A stretch of 21,730 bases of DNA from Nanobdellati archaeon (GCA_019429125.1 JAHYJO010000018.1:1-21730); one strand, 5' to 3'; counted from the first letter of the stretch, positions 8,747 to 17,097 are shown. The notes: generated by a model from the sequence alone, not told the origin. A program made the numbers and translations.

Positions 8747-9967
8747 GTGTTCTTATTTAGCGAAATTCTGGTCACAAAAAAACAGTTGAAAGCTCTCATC
8801 CGTGAACTTGGTTCATATAGGGGGCGTCATACTGAACTTGTATCTATAAGCGTCCCTTCAGGTTATAATATTAATGAGATAACAAATCTTGTGCGTCAAG
8901 AAGCAGGCACTTGTGCAAACATAAAATCCAAGACTACAAGAAAAAATGTCATGACTGCGCTTGGACGGATTGAGCAGGCATTGAGAGATTATAAAGTCAC
9001 ACCTACTAACGGTCTTTGCATCTATAGTGGCAATACTTCTGAAAAGGAAGGTGTGGCGGATATCGGGCTTTGGATGTTTGAACCTCCGGAACCAATAAAT
9101 CTTAGGACTTATCGTTGTGAACAGACATTCTTGATTGATCATCTCAAAGAACTTGTTGAAGAAAAAGAAGTGTATGGCCTTGTAACTATTGATAAGTCTG
9201 AGGCTAGTATTGGGTTTCTTATTGGAAAAAGCATAAAGATGCTCAATCATTTTGATTCTATGGTGCCTGGTAAGACTGGTAAGGGTGGGCAGAGTGCTCA
9301 GCGGTTTGAGAGAGTGCGTGCAGGACTTCTTTTAAATTTTATGAAGATGATTGGAGAAAGTGCAACAAAATCATTTGAGACTAATAAGTATCTTAAAGGT
9401 ATACTTATTGGCGGTCCTGGACCTGTAAAAGAGACATTTGCAGATGGTGATTTCCTTTCTGAAGCCTTGAAAAAAAAGATAATTGGCATAAAAGACCTTT
9501 CATATTCAGGAGAACCTGGACTTAAAGAACTTCTTGAAAGGTCAGAAGATGTCTTAAAAGATGCATCGTCTACTACTGAGAGGAACATAATAATTGATTT
9601 TTTTGAACATCTGAAAAAAGAGGACGGTCTTGCAACTTATGGATATCACGCTGTCATGAATGCGCTTAAGATGGGTGCAGTCAAAAGATTGGTGGTGTCT
9701 GAAGATTTGCCATTGCGTGATTTGGAGATTAAATGTCGTTGTGGCTTTTCTGAAGAAAAAGTTGCTAAAAAAGAAAGTATTCCTGATGTCTGTCCTAAAT
9801 GTTCATCACAATTGACTATCTCTGAAAAGAGTAATATCTTTGAGATGCTTGAAAATACAGCTGAGGATATGGGTACTGAATATAAAGAAGTAAGCTCTGA
9901 GACTCCTGAAGGCGCACAGTTTATACAGTTGGGTGGGATTGGGGCAGTGTTGAGGTATAAGCATTAA
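8747..9967 (+). CDS. prf1: Peptide chain release factor aRF1
   Basis: GRHTELVS, NIKS, YRCEQTF (YxCxxxF), KGGQSAQRFER and a C-domain zinc mini-domain (CRC...CPKC), ending GGIGAVLRY. The exact start codon is uncertain. Confidence 0.97.
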   Translation: MFLFSEILVTKKQLKALIRELGSYRGRHTELVSISVPSGYNINEITNLVRQEAGTCANIKSKTTRKNVMTALGRIEQALRDYKVTPTNGLCIYSGNTSEKEGVADIGLWMFEPPEPINLRTYRCEQTFLIDHLKELVEEKEVYGLVTIDKSEASIGFLIGKSIKMLNHFDSMVPGKTGKGGQSAQRFERVRAGLLLNFMKMIGESATKSFETNKYLKGILIGGPGPVKETFADGDFLSEALKKKIIGIKDLSYSGEPGLKELLERSEDVLKDASSTTERNIIIDFFEHLKKEDGLATYGYHAVMNALKMGAVKRLVVSEDLPLRDLEIKCRCGFSEEKVAKKESIPDVCPKCSSQLTISEKSNIFEMLENTAEDMGTEYKEVSSETPEGAQFIQLGGIGAVLRYKH

Positions 9968-10476
9968 TTGTATTGTGACTTTTTATCTTTCTTTCTTTGA
10001 TCTTTTGTCTTTAAAATTATCACTTTATCTGCTGCGTGCTGTAATGATTTTGAAAATCCTGGTTCAAGCCCTATGACAAAAACCTGTTTGCCCATCTTTT
10101 TTGCAAGCTGTATGACTGGTAAGAAATCAGCATCTCGTGTTGCAAGTGCTATTATGTTTATGTGAGGATTATAAATTGCAGATACTGCTGCAGTTGCGAC
10201 ATATACGTCTACATCACTTGTTATATCATCTTTTTTTTCGCCCACGCCTATCACTGGCTCAAAACCATGATTTGCTATTGCTTCTATAAGTTTATCTGGA
10301 GCAAACTGGTTAAGGAAAACTTTTGATTCTCTAACTGAACCATATGCTTCAAGATCTTTTCTAATTTGATTTAAATCAATCTCAAATTCTTTCCTTAAAA
10401 GATTTGGACCATCAAGAAAAAGTGCAATTTTGGGTTTTTGACTTTTATTTATTATTTTTTTAATATTTTTCAACAA
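9964..10476 (-). CDS. NYN-domain (PIN-like, TIGR00288/LabA-DUF88 type) putative ribonuclease
   Basis: IALFLDGPNL, SDVDV and LATRDADFLP acidic motifs. The likely start is TTG at 10476, after SD GGTGAT; the ORF track starts at the GTG within that SD (10485). Confidence 0.88.
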   Translation of the reverse strand: MLKNIKKIINKSQKPKIALFLDGPNLLRKEFEIDLNQIRKDLEAYGSVRESKVFLNQFAPDKLIEAIANHGFEPVIGVGEKKDDITSDVDVYVATAAVSAIYNPHINIIALATRDADFLPVIQLAKKMGKQVFVIGLEPGFSKSLQHAADKVIILKTKDQRKKDKKSQYN

Positions 10477-10569
10477 AAAAATCACCGTATTATTATAATT
10501 ATTAGACTATTATTTAATTTATTATAATTCAAACTATTATTATAAAAAGGTTTGGCTATTATTTTTTGT

Positions 10570-10932
10570 TCACTTCACAGTCAAGAACTTGTCTTTTGCG
10601 GATCTTATGGTCCCTGTTACACCAAGCGTTTTAAATATCAATGGTTTGTTATCTATGGACTTTATTAGTGCGAGTGATGCGCGTACTTGCTGTACATGAT
10701 TATGACTGCATCTTATAATTCCTGTATTTGTATTTTCATTGTATAGGTTTGAAGGAATCCATACATTAAATTCTGATGAACCTACTTCTCCGAAAAGTTG
10801 CAGGATTGAGGACCATATGGTTTTTACTGTGTTTTCAAGAGAATATTTGTTTTCTGAAACTATGCTAAAGATTATGTATCTTTCACGGATTTCCATTGTT
10901 GGAGGCAGTCTGTTTATTTTCATAATTATCAT
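10570..10932 (-). CDS. rnp2: Ribonuclease P protein component 2 (Pop5/Rpp14)
   Basis: LPPTM..RERYIIF, LFGEVG, GIIRC, VRASLALI and GVTGTIRSA motifs; ATGA overlap with rnp3. Confidence 0.93.
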   Translation of the reverse strand: MIIMKINRLPPTMEIRERYIIFSIVSENKYSLENTVKTIWSSILQLFGEVGSSEFNVWIPSNLYNENTNTGIIRCSHNHVQQVRASLALIKSIDNKPLIFKTLGVTGTIRSAKDKFLTVK

Positions 10933-11672
10933 ATGTCCTTGTTATTTATTACTTCAACGCCGGGCATGATGTAATTTGTGTCTTTTACTTTTTTTGCATG
11001 GTTGATGATATTTTCAGGTATTTGCGAGATACAGTCAAGAGATTGCGCAAGTTCAAGGTCTATCAAAGAACCAATGGATGCAAGTTCTCGTCCTGCACGC
11101 ATATCAAAAATACTTTCAGCACCACTTGTGATTACTAATGGTGTTTTGTATTTTTTTGCGAGAACGACGTTGGTTCTCATGTGTGAGAGCAGATGTGACC
11201 TGACTTTTCTATAAGAATTAAGTACATATTTAAAGTTTAATTCGATAGCTACTCCATTTTCTGTTGCAAGTTTTGCCATTACATTATCAAGACCTGAATC
11301 TTTTCTTCCCAGTTCCGGATGCGCAAGGATATCTACTCTTGGATTTTCAACAGCGACTCTATTTATTTTTGGATTGCCACCTGAAACAATTATTATGTCT
11401 GCTGTATCTCTTAATTTTTTTACTTGGAGTCTCATTATTTCAGGGTCATCTGTGCTTACTTCTATACCTGTGTAGATTTTAATGTCGGTCTTGTGTTTTA
11501 TAATTTCGTCTCTTAGAGCATTTAGATTATCTTTATTTTTATCTTTGACATAATCTATTATGCAAATGGATGAAAGTCCTAAGGACTCTGCCATCTTTAT
11601 AATATCTGCGATACTGTTTTGACCTATGGATAAGTTTGAATAGATGTGTAAGTCAGTAAATTTGCGTTCCAT
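10929..11672 (-). CDS. rnp3: Ribonuclease P protein component 3 (Rpp30)
   Basis: PHP-like barrel: FTDLHI, VSGG..KINRVAVE..RVDILAHP, VAIELN, TSGA.SIFDMR; adjacent to rnp2. ATG at 11672 is preferred to GTG at 11681. Confidence 0.93.
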   Translation of the reverse strand: MERKFTDLHIYSNLSIGQNSIADIIKMAESLGLSSICIIDYVKDKNKDNLNALRDEIIKHKTDIKIYTGIEVSTDDPEIMRLQVKKLRDTADIIIVSGGNPKINRVAVENPRVDILAHPELGRKDSGLDNVMAKLATENGVAIELNFKYVLNSYRKVRSHLLSHMRTNVVLAKKYKTPLVITSGAESIFDMRAGRELASIGSLIDLELAQSLDCISQIPENIINHAKKVKDTNYIMPGVEVINNKDI

Positions 11673-11782
11673 ATATATCACATGTCAATAATAATTAGTC
11701 TTTTTCTTTTTAAATAGATATTTTTTGGTTTAATTGATATAAATTAATGAAAAATTAAAAGAATTATTAAAAAAACAAAAGC

Positions 11783-12583
11783 TTATACCTTCTCGAAACT
11801 ATTTTTTATGAAATTATTGTTTGGGATAATAAAGTTTTTGTGTGTGGATCTTATTTCTGTAACGAATGTGCCAATATTTATAATTTCACCTGAAATGCCT
11901 GATATGACTACTTTGTCTTTCTCATTAAGGCCTATGTTTTTCATTTGAATTCCTGCTATAAAATTGGGTGCAAGGTCTTTCAAAGATATTATAAATAGTG
12001 CTGAAGCGGTCAATAAAAGGACTCCCATAAGGACAGTTATTGCAGTGGGGTCAACACCTAATACTCTAAGCGCTATTATTATTGCAATTATGTATAGCAT
12101 AATGCTTGTGAATGCAGATACCAATGTCACAAGTCCATTAAGTTCGCTTCTTTTATTTTTGCCATGTATCAATTCAGATATTATCTTACTGAAAAGGTCA
12201 GCAACAAAAGAACCTATTATTATTATTATTACTGCAACAACAATGTTTGGTAAATATTTTACAGTTGTCGAAAATATTGCTGAAATTTCTTTAAGGCCTA
12301 TTATCTCAAATGCTGAGGATAATGCGAGCATGTATACAAATAATCGTGTGATGTCTGCAACAAGATTTATTGCTGAACCACGGTATCCAATCTCTTTAAG
12401 AATAATGTGTACCTTGCTTGATTTCATCATATCGTCAATGCCTGTCATTTTAGATAATCGGAGTATGATGTATTTGATGAGGATCCCACCAAGGTGACCT
12501 AAAAAGATTATCCCTATAAAATTAAAGAAAACAGGATTAAAATAATATATATCTGTCAACATGTCTTGAACAATAAAAACCAT
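11783..12583 (-). CDS. MscS-like small-conductance mechanosensitive channel protein (TM-helix repeat type, short C-terminus)
   Basis: Multiple TM helices, YLPNIVVAVIIIIIG repeat motif, SLKDLAPNFIAG, and a beta domain (DKVVISGISGEIINIG...IIPN). SD AGGTGA precedes the start. Confidence 0.8.
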   Translation of the reverse strand: MVFIVQDMLTDIYYFNPVFFNFIGIIFLGHLGGILIKYIILRLSKMTGIDDMMKSSKVHIILKEIGYRGSAINLVADITRLFVYMLALSSAFEIIGLKEISAIFSTTVKYLPNIVVAVIIIIIGSFVADLFSKIISELIHGKNKRSELNGLVTLVSAFTSIMLYIIAIIIALRVLGVDPTAITVLMGVLLLTASALFIISLKDLAPNFIAGIQMKNIGLNEKDKVVISGISGEIINIGTFVTEIRSTHKNFIIPNNNFIKNSFEKV

Positions 12584-13456
12584 CTATCTTTTCACCTGAG
12601 TCTCTATATAATCTATTATTCTTTTTGCTATATTTATATCTGTTGCTTCTGTCATCCCTTTTATTCCTGGGTTGAGATTGACTTCAATTACTACTGGTCC
12701 GTCTTTGCTTTCAAGGATGTCTACGGCTAAGATTTTACAATTCATGATTTCTGCAACTTTAAGGCTTATCTCTTCAACTTCTTTTGTGGGTGTATATCGT
12801 ACTCCGGTACCGCCAATCTTTATGTTTGCGCGTTTCTCTCCTTCTTTTGCAACTCGTTTGTATGCGCCTGCAATCTCTCCGCCTACTATTAGAACTCTTA
12901 TGTCTTCACCTGGATTGTCTATGAATTCCTGTATCAAGACTTCTTGTTTTAATACTTCCATCGATTTTAATATTGATTTCATGGTGTTTGATTCCTTGAC
13001 ATACATTATACCTTTGCCACCACTGCCACCTTTTAGTTTTACCATGATCGGAAATTTTATTATGTCTACCATTTCTTCAGAATTCTCTCCGGTCTTGAAA
13101 AGATAGGTTTTGGGGACACATATCTTATTTCTTGCAAGCAATTCTGTCGTCAGGAATTTGTCATGCGCTATAAGTATTGTTTCAGCCTTATATGGTTTTG
13201 GTACATCAAAAAAATCAAATGCTTTAATTATCTGGTATCCGTATTCTTTTCGTGGTGCATCAATTTTTGGGAGAAAATAATCAACATTTGTAAGATCTTG
13301 CCTGTTGTATTCACATCTTATCTTATCTTTGTCCACTATAAGATTCATACGGTTTATGGGTACATATTTTACATTGAACACTTTTTTTGCCTCATCAATT
13401 ATCATCCGCGTTGTAGTTGATAGCTTTCCTGGCGATGCTATAAGTATCTTATTCAT
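12584..13456 (-). CDS. RimK-family ATP-grasp amino acid ligase (intact motifs)
   Basis: HDKFLT, VPKT, FPIMVK..GSGGKGI, LIQEFI, DIRVLIVG, RANIKIGG, AVDIL and VIEVNLNPG. SD GAGGTGG precedes the start. Confidence 0.93.
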   Translation of the reverse strand: MNKILIASPGKLSTTTRMIIDEAKKVFNVKYVPINRMNLIVDKDKIRCEYNRQDLTNVDYFLPKIDAPRKEYGYQIIKAFDFFDVPKPYKAETILIAHDKFLTTELLARNKICVPKTYLFKTGENSEEMVDIIKFPIMVKLKGGSGGKGIMYVKESNTMKSILKSMEVLKQEVLIQEFIDNPGEDIRVLIVGGEIAGAYKRVAKEGEKRANIKIGGTGVRYTPTKEVEEISLKVAEIMNCKILAVDILESKDGPVVIEVNLNPGIKGMTEATDINIAKRIIDYIETQVKR

Positions 13457-14333
13457 GTGATTTCCACCTCATATCGTGAAGCCACTCTAAGAATTTGTTG
13501 AATATTGGGTTCTCATCTTTTATTGTTGTGCGTTGTCCTAGGTAAGAAAGACATTTATCTAAAAGATTAATGTCATATATATCTCCATAAAAATGGATTT
13601 TTGGTTTTATGTTAAATCCTACAACCATGGCTTTATCATTAGCTTTTAATAGGTTTATCTGACATATTGTCGCTTTTAATAGTTGGGTTACAGACATTAT
13701 GGTATTTCTTTCTTCAGTAGTTAATTTATATCGTGAATTTTTTCCTTTGACTGCATATGTATTGTTGCCTATGACAAGAACGCTTATTGCGGTTGCATCT
13801 TTAAATGTCTCTTGTAATGTTATTGGTTGATTCAAAGTTTCAAGTGTATCTACCACACCCTTTGCGGATTCTGCTGAATCAAGAACAATTGTTCCAGTCT
13901 TACTGTATGGTAATTTTAGTATTGCTGGATAAATCATTGTATCTATACTTTTTTCTATTGCAGTCCGGGACATTGAAAGATATGTCCGTGGTGTCTGTAT
14001 CTTATTGTTGTTTAAAGAGAATGGGAGAAGGAATTCATTATAGCCATAAAGAAGTGATTCGCTGCTTAATGGTGATAAGATCTTGTGCTGTTCAAATATT
14101 TTCAAGAGCACATAACCAAAGTCTGCATTTCTTTTGCTAATTCTTGGAAATATGACATCAAAATCTAAAAGATTTATGTTTTTGAAGAAAGGCGCTGCCG
14201 TTTCTTTGCAGGTTTCTATCCGAATCATCTCAATTGGCGCATAAAGGACTGAGTCAAACTCTTTTTTTGCCAGTTCCATCAGGTCAATTTCGCCCTGTGA
14301 TCTTTTATCAGGACCGATTATGCATAATTTCAT
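13449..14333 (-). CDS. Degenerate RimK-like ATP-grasp protein (probable pseudoenzyme)
   Basis: Retains DVIFPRI, TPRTY, YPAILK and TLQETF, but lacks the Gly-rich loop, DIR, RAN..GG, the D of VD and the E of ExN. SD AGGTGA precedes the start. Confidence 0.75.
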   Translation of the reverse strand: MKLCIIGPDKRSQGEIDLMELAKKEFDSVLYAPIEMIRIETCKETAAPFFKNINLLDFDVIFPRISKRNADFGYVLLKIFEQHKILSPLSSESLLYGYNEFLLPFSLNNNKIQTPRTYLSMSRTAIEKSIDTMIYPAILKLPYSKTGTIVLDSAESAKGVVDTLETLNQPITLQETFKDATAISVLVIGNNTYAVKGKNSRYKLTTEERNTIMSVTQLLKATICQINLLKANDKAMVVGFNIKPKIHFYGDIYDINLLDKCLSYLGQRTTIKDENPIFNKFLEWLHDMRWKSHE

Positions 14334-14678
14334 CAGAAGCCACTCACCTTAAATAAAGGGATGAAAATTATTTGTGGAGGGAACTATATAAAGATTAAGG
14401 GGGGGTGGCACTGTTCAAAAAGTGAGTCATTTTGGATTTTTTGAAAAGTATTTTTGTTTATAATACTATATTAATACAGGTCTGATAAGGACCTTCTATG
14501 TATTTTGCATAAGACATTAGGTTTGTTTTAAAATGATTGTATTAGTTGAAAACACTTCGAAAATGAACAGTTCTGTTTGTGTGCGTTTAAAAATAAAATA
14601 GACATTGCAATACATATTTCTATAAATGTTGATGGGATTATAACAATACTTAAAAGCTTTTATCTGTCATTACTTTTG

Positions 14679-16103
14679 GTGGTTTTTATTATAGATATTC
14701 CTAGTTCGGGTACACTTTATTCTGCAGATGGTGTTGAGATTAAATTCTCTAAAGTTGGGACTGATAAAAAGTTTGCAGGGAAATACAAGGATAAAGATGA
14801 TAAATCGTATCCTGAACGCGGGACTTATAGCCAAGGCAATTCATTGTCACCTGTTTCGGTTGTAATCCCTATGCCTGATAAGAAAGCTATACAGAGCGCA
14901 ATTGAGGCGGGTGCTGCAATGGCCGGGTCTGTGGTCACTGCAAACATCGGTGTTGAAAAGATAGTCCTCAATACGATATCAAATCCTAATATAAGATACA
15001 TTGTCCTTTTCGGTAAAGATTCGGCTGGGCATTTTTCAGGTGATGCAATATATAATCTTCATGCAAATGGTGTTGATGAAAAGAGGAAGGTCATAGGGTC
15101 AAAAGGGCTTACTCCATATCTTAAAAATATACCTATTGAAGCTATCAACCGGTTTCGTGAACAGATAATATCTGTAATTAATGTCATGGGTATTGATGAT
15201 TTATCTGTGCTTGAAAAAGTGATACATTTTACAATTCAGGAACCCGAAAATGCAATTAAGATAGATATTGTCTGTGATGGAGCTATTGAATCATTTGTTC
15301 TTTTTGATCCTGGTAAATTCGATAAGGCGCCATTGAACATATCTATAACTGATACAATTGCATCTAATGGTCTATATGAAGCACTTACTCATTATTCATC
15401 ATCAATTATTGCGCCGTCTATAGCTACTGCGTATCCTTTACTTGTTGATGCTGTGATGTCAGCAGGGCTTGAACAGAACCTGCCTGATGAAAGGCTGGCG
15501 TATACTCGTGAGCTTCTTAATGTTATAGTCCATATTGAAAGACCGCTTGAAGATATGGTACCTCTTGGATATAAGCCTGAAGCATGGCTTAAAGATTCAA
15601 AAGAAGTTCAACAGTATCTTGGAAAGTACGCAAATACATATTTCAGCGATGATTTGGCTGTAGGTCTTGAAAATGGTAAGATTTCAAATGTGACAAAGAA
15701 GAAAGGTAAAGACGGGATGGAGTACACTTACGGGTATTTCATACAGAAACATTATGAAGTCCAGCAGATATTAAAGGTTGCAAATGAGGTAGCAGACAGT
15801 ATTAAAAATAAAGAACCTTCAAGACGTATATTGATATCTTTGCCTGATCCTAAGATATTTAAGAAAGTCAGTGAAGTTCCTTGCTTTATTGATTACCAGC
15901 TTTTCCCAAGATATAATAGTTATGAAGATTTCTGGGAGTTGCATGCGACTGCGCACATGAGGTCTCATGATGTAAAAAACGCATTTCCTGCTAACGCTTA
16001 TGCTTTTGCTACAATTCTTGATAAGATAAGTTCAATAACAGGTACAAGACCTGGCTCATTGACTATGTTTTTGGGTAGTGCTCATGTTTATCTGAATAGA
16101 TAA
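14679..16103 (+). CDS. Fusion of an MtrA-like corrinoid-binding domain with an archaeal-type thymidylate synthase (ThyA) domain
   Basis: N-terminal: AGAAMAG..TANIGVEKIVLNTISNPNIRYIVLFG..SAGHFSG...LHANGVD...IGSKG..PYLKNIP.EAINRFREQ (MtrA). C-terminal: RELLNV, EYTYG, SRR, VPCF, MRSHDV..AFPAN, GSAHVY (ThyA). The start is uncertain: the frame is open from 14577, with candidates at 14676-14691. Confidence 0.9.
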   Translation: MVFIIDIPSSGTLYSADGVEIKFSKVGTDKKFAGKYKDKDDKSYPERGTYSQGNSLSPVSVVIPMPDKKAIQSAIEAGAAMAGSVVTANIGVEKIVLNTISNPNIRYIVLFGKDSAGHFSGDAIYNLHANGVDEKRKVIGSKGLTPYLKNIPIEAINRFREQIISVINVMGIDDLSVLEKVIHFTIQEPENAIKIDIVCDGAIESFVLFDPGKFDKAPLNISITDTIASNGLYEALTHYSSSIIAPSIATAYPLLVDAVMSAGLEQNLPDERLAYTRELLNVIVHIERPLEDMVPLGYKPEAWLKDSKEVQQYLGKYANTYFSDDLAVGLENGKISNVTKKKGKDGMEYTYGYFIQKHYEVQQILKVANEVADSIKNKEPSRRILISLPDPKIFKKVSEVPCFIDYQLFPRYNSYEDFWELHATAHMRSHDVKNAFPANAYAFATILDKISSITGTRPGSLTMFLGSAHVYLNR

Positions 16104-16136
16104 TAAAATGGTATAAAAAAATAAAAATAAAAAAGA
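16104..16136 (-). terminator. T-rich tract downstream of tfb in a convergent intergenic region
   Basis: A-runs on the + strand (AAAAAAATAAAAATAAAAAAG) read as oligo-T on the - strand just after the tfb stop. Confidence 0.45.
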
Positions 16137-16143
16137 AGGTAGA

Positions 16144-17097
16144 TTAATTACGTTCTTCACTGATTCCGCGCTTTTCGTTTTCGGCAGCTTTCTTTTCAAC
16201 TTCTTCTTTTATGCCTAGTTTCTCTACAAGATCCTTATATCTGTTTCTTATTGTCACTTCAGTCACACCGACAACGTCTGCTATGTCTCTTTGTGTTCTC
16301 TTTTCACCGCAGAGTACTGCTGCAATATAAAGGGCTGAAGCAGCTATTCCTGTAGGGCCTTTACCTGAGATTATATCTTCATCGGCTGCTTTACTAAGGA
16401 TCTCTTTTGCTTTTGCATGGACATTTCCTGAAAGACCAAGAAGTGAACCGAATCGTGGTATATATTCTTTTGATGTTGCTGGAAGGATTCTTATGTTTAA
16501 TTCACGGCAAATGTATCTGTATGCACGGCCAATCTCTCTTTTTTCTATACCTGATGCAGCTGACAGTTCTGCTAGAGTTCTTGGCGAACCGTGTTCTCTT
16601 GCAATAGCATAGATTAACGCAGTTATTATGCTTTCCATGGACCGTCCTCTTACGAGACCCATAGTGACTGCTTTTTCGTAAAGTCTTGCGACTTCTTCAT
16701 GGATGCTGTTGTTAAGGCCTAAGTATGAAATCTGTCGTACTAGTTCGGATAAGGAATAGGATAAGTTTCGGTCTTTTGATTTTGTAAGCCTTTTGTTCCA
16801 TTTTCGTAATCTGTAATACTGTGCTCTTTTTTTGATTGGAACCTTGTAAAGTTCTGCTGTGCTGTTGCCTATGTCTGTAGAAAAACCTTTGTCGTGTTTT
16901 GTAAATGTTATCGGTGCTCCGGTTCTTGTCTTTTTTGATTGCTGTTCAACGTCAAAAGCTCTCCATTCTGGTGAACTGTCAACATCATTGATATCAATCA
17001 TTGTGCCACATCTCATACAGATAAGTTCTCCTTTTGTAGAATCTCTTGTGAACTTTTCAAAACCACACTCTTTACATTTTTTTTCACTTTCAGACAT
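16144..17097 (-). CDS. tfb: Transcription initiation factor IIB
   Basis: Zn ribbon CKEC...CMRCG, PEWRAF B-reader, two cyclin repeats (GLVRGRS, GKGPTGIAA) and HTH VTEVTIRNRYK. Confidence 0.98.
   Translation of the reverse strand: MSESEKKCKECGFEKFTRDSTKGELICMRCGTMIDINDVDSSPEWRAFDVEQQSKKTRTGAPITFTKHDKGFSTDIGNSTAELYKVPIKKRAQYYRLRKWNKRLTKSKDRNLSYSLSELVRQISYLGLNNSIHEEVARLYEKAVTMGLVRGRSMESIITALIYAIAREHGSPRTLAELSAASGIEKREIGRAYRYICRELNIRILPATSKEYIPRFGSLLGLSGNVHAKAKEILSKAADEDIISGKGPTGIAASALYIAAVLCGEKRTQRDIADVVGVTEVTIRNRYKDLVEKLGIKEEVEKKAAENEKRGISEERN

Noticed and set aside
8747-9967. Stop-codon reassignment suggested by the variant TCANIKS motif in aRF1
   Set aside because: TAA, TGA and TAG all end conserved genes at the expected positions (e.g. 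S2P with TGA, RimK and GT4 with TAG, tfb with TAA).
11964-13106. Antisense ORFs of 177 aa and 144 aa, and other shadow ORFs such as 8858..9250 and 19558..20022
   Set aside because: They lie entirely opposite well-supported genes and show no recognisable motifs.
14334-14680. RNase P RNA or tRNA in the longer intergenic regions
   Set aside because: The regions are too AT-rich and show no cloverleaf or RNase P P4 consensus.
14808-15330. mtrA as evidence of methanogenesis
   Set aside because: The domain is fused to ThyA, lacks the membrane anchor, and no other mtr or mcr genes are in the window.
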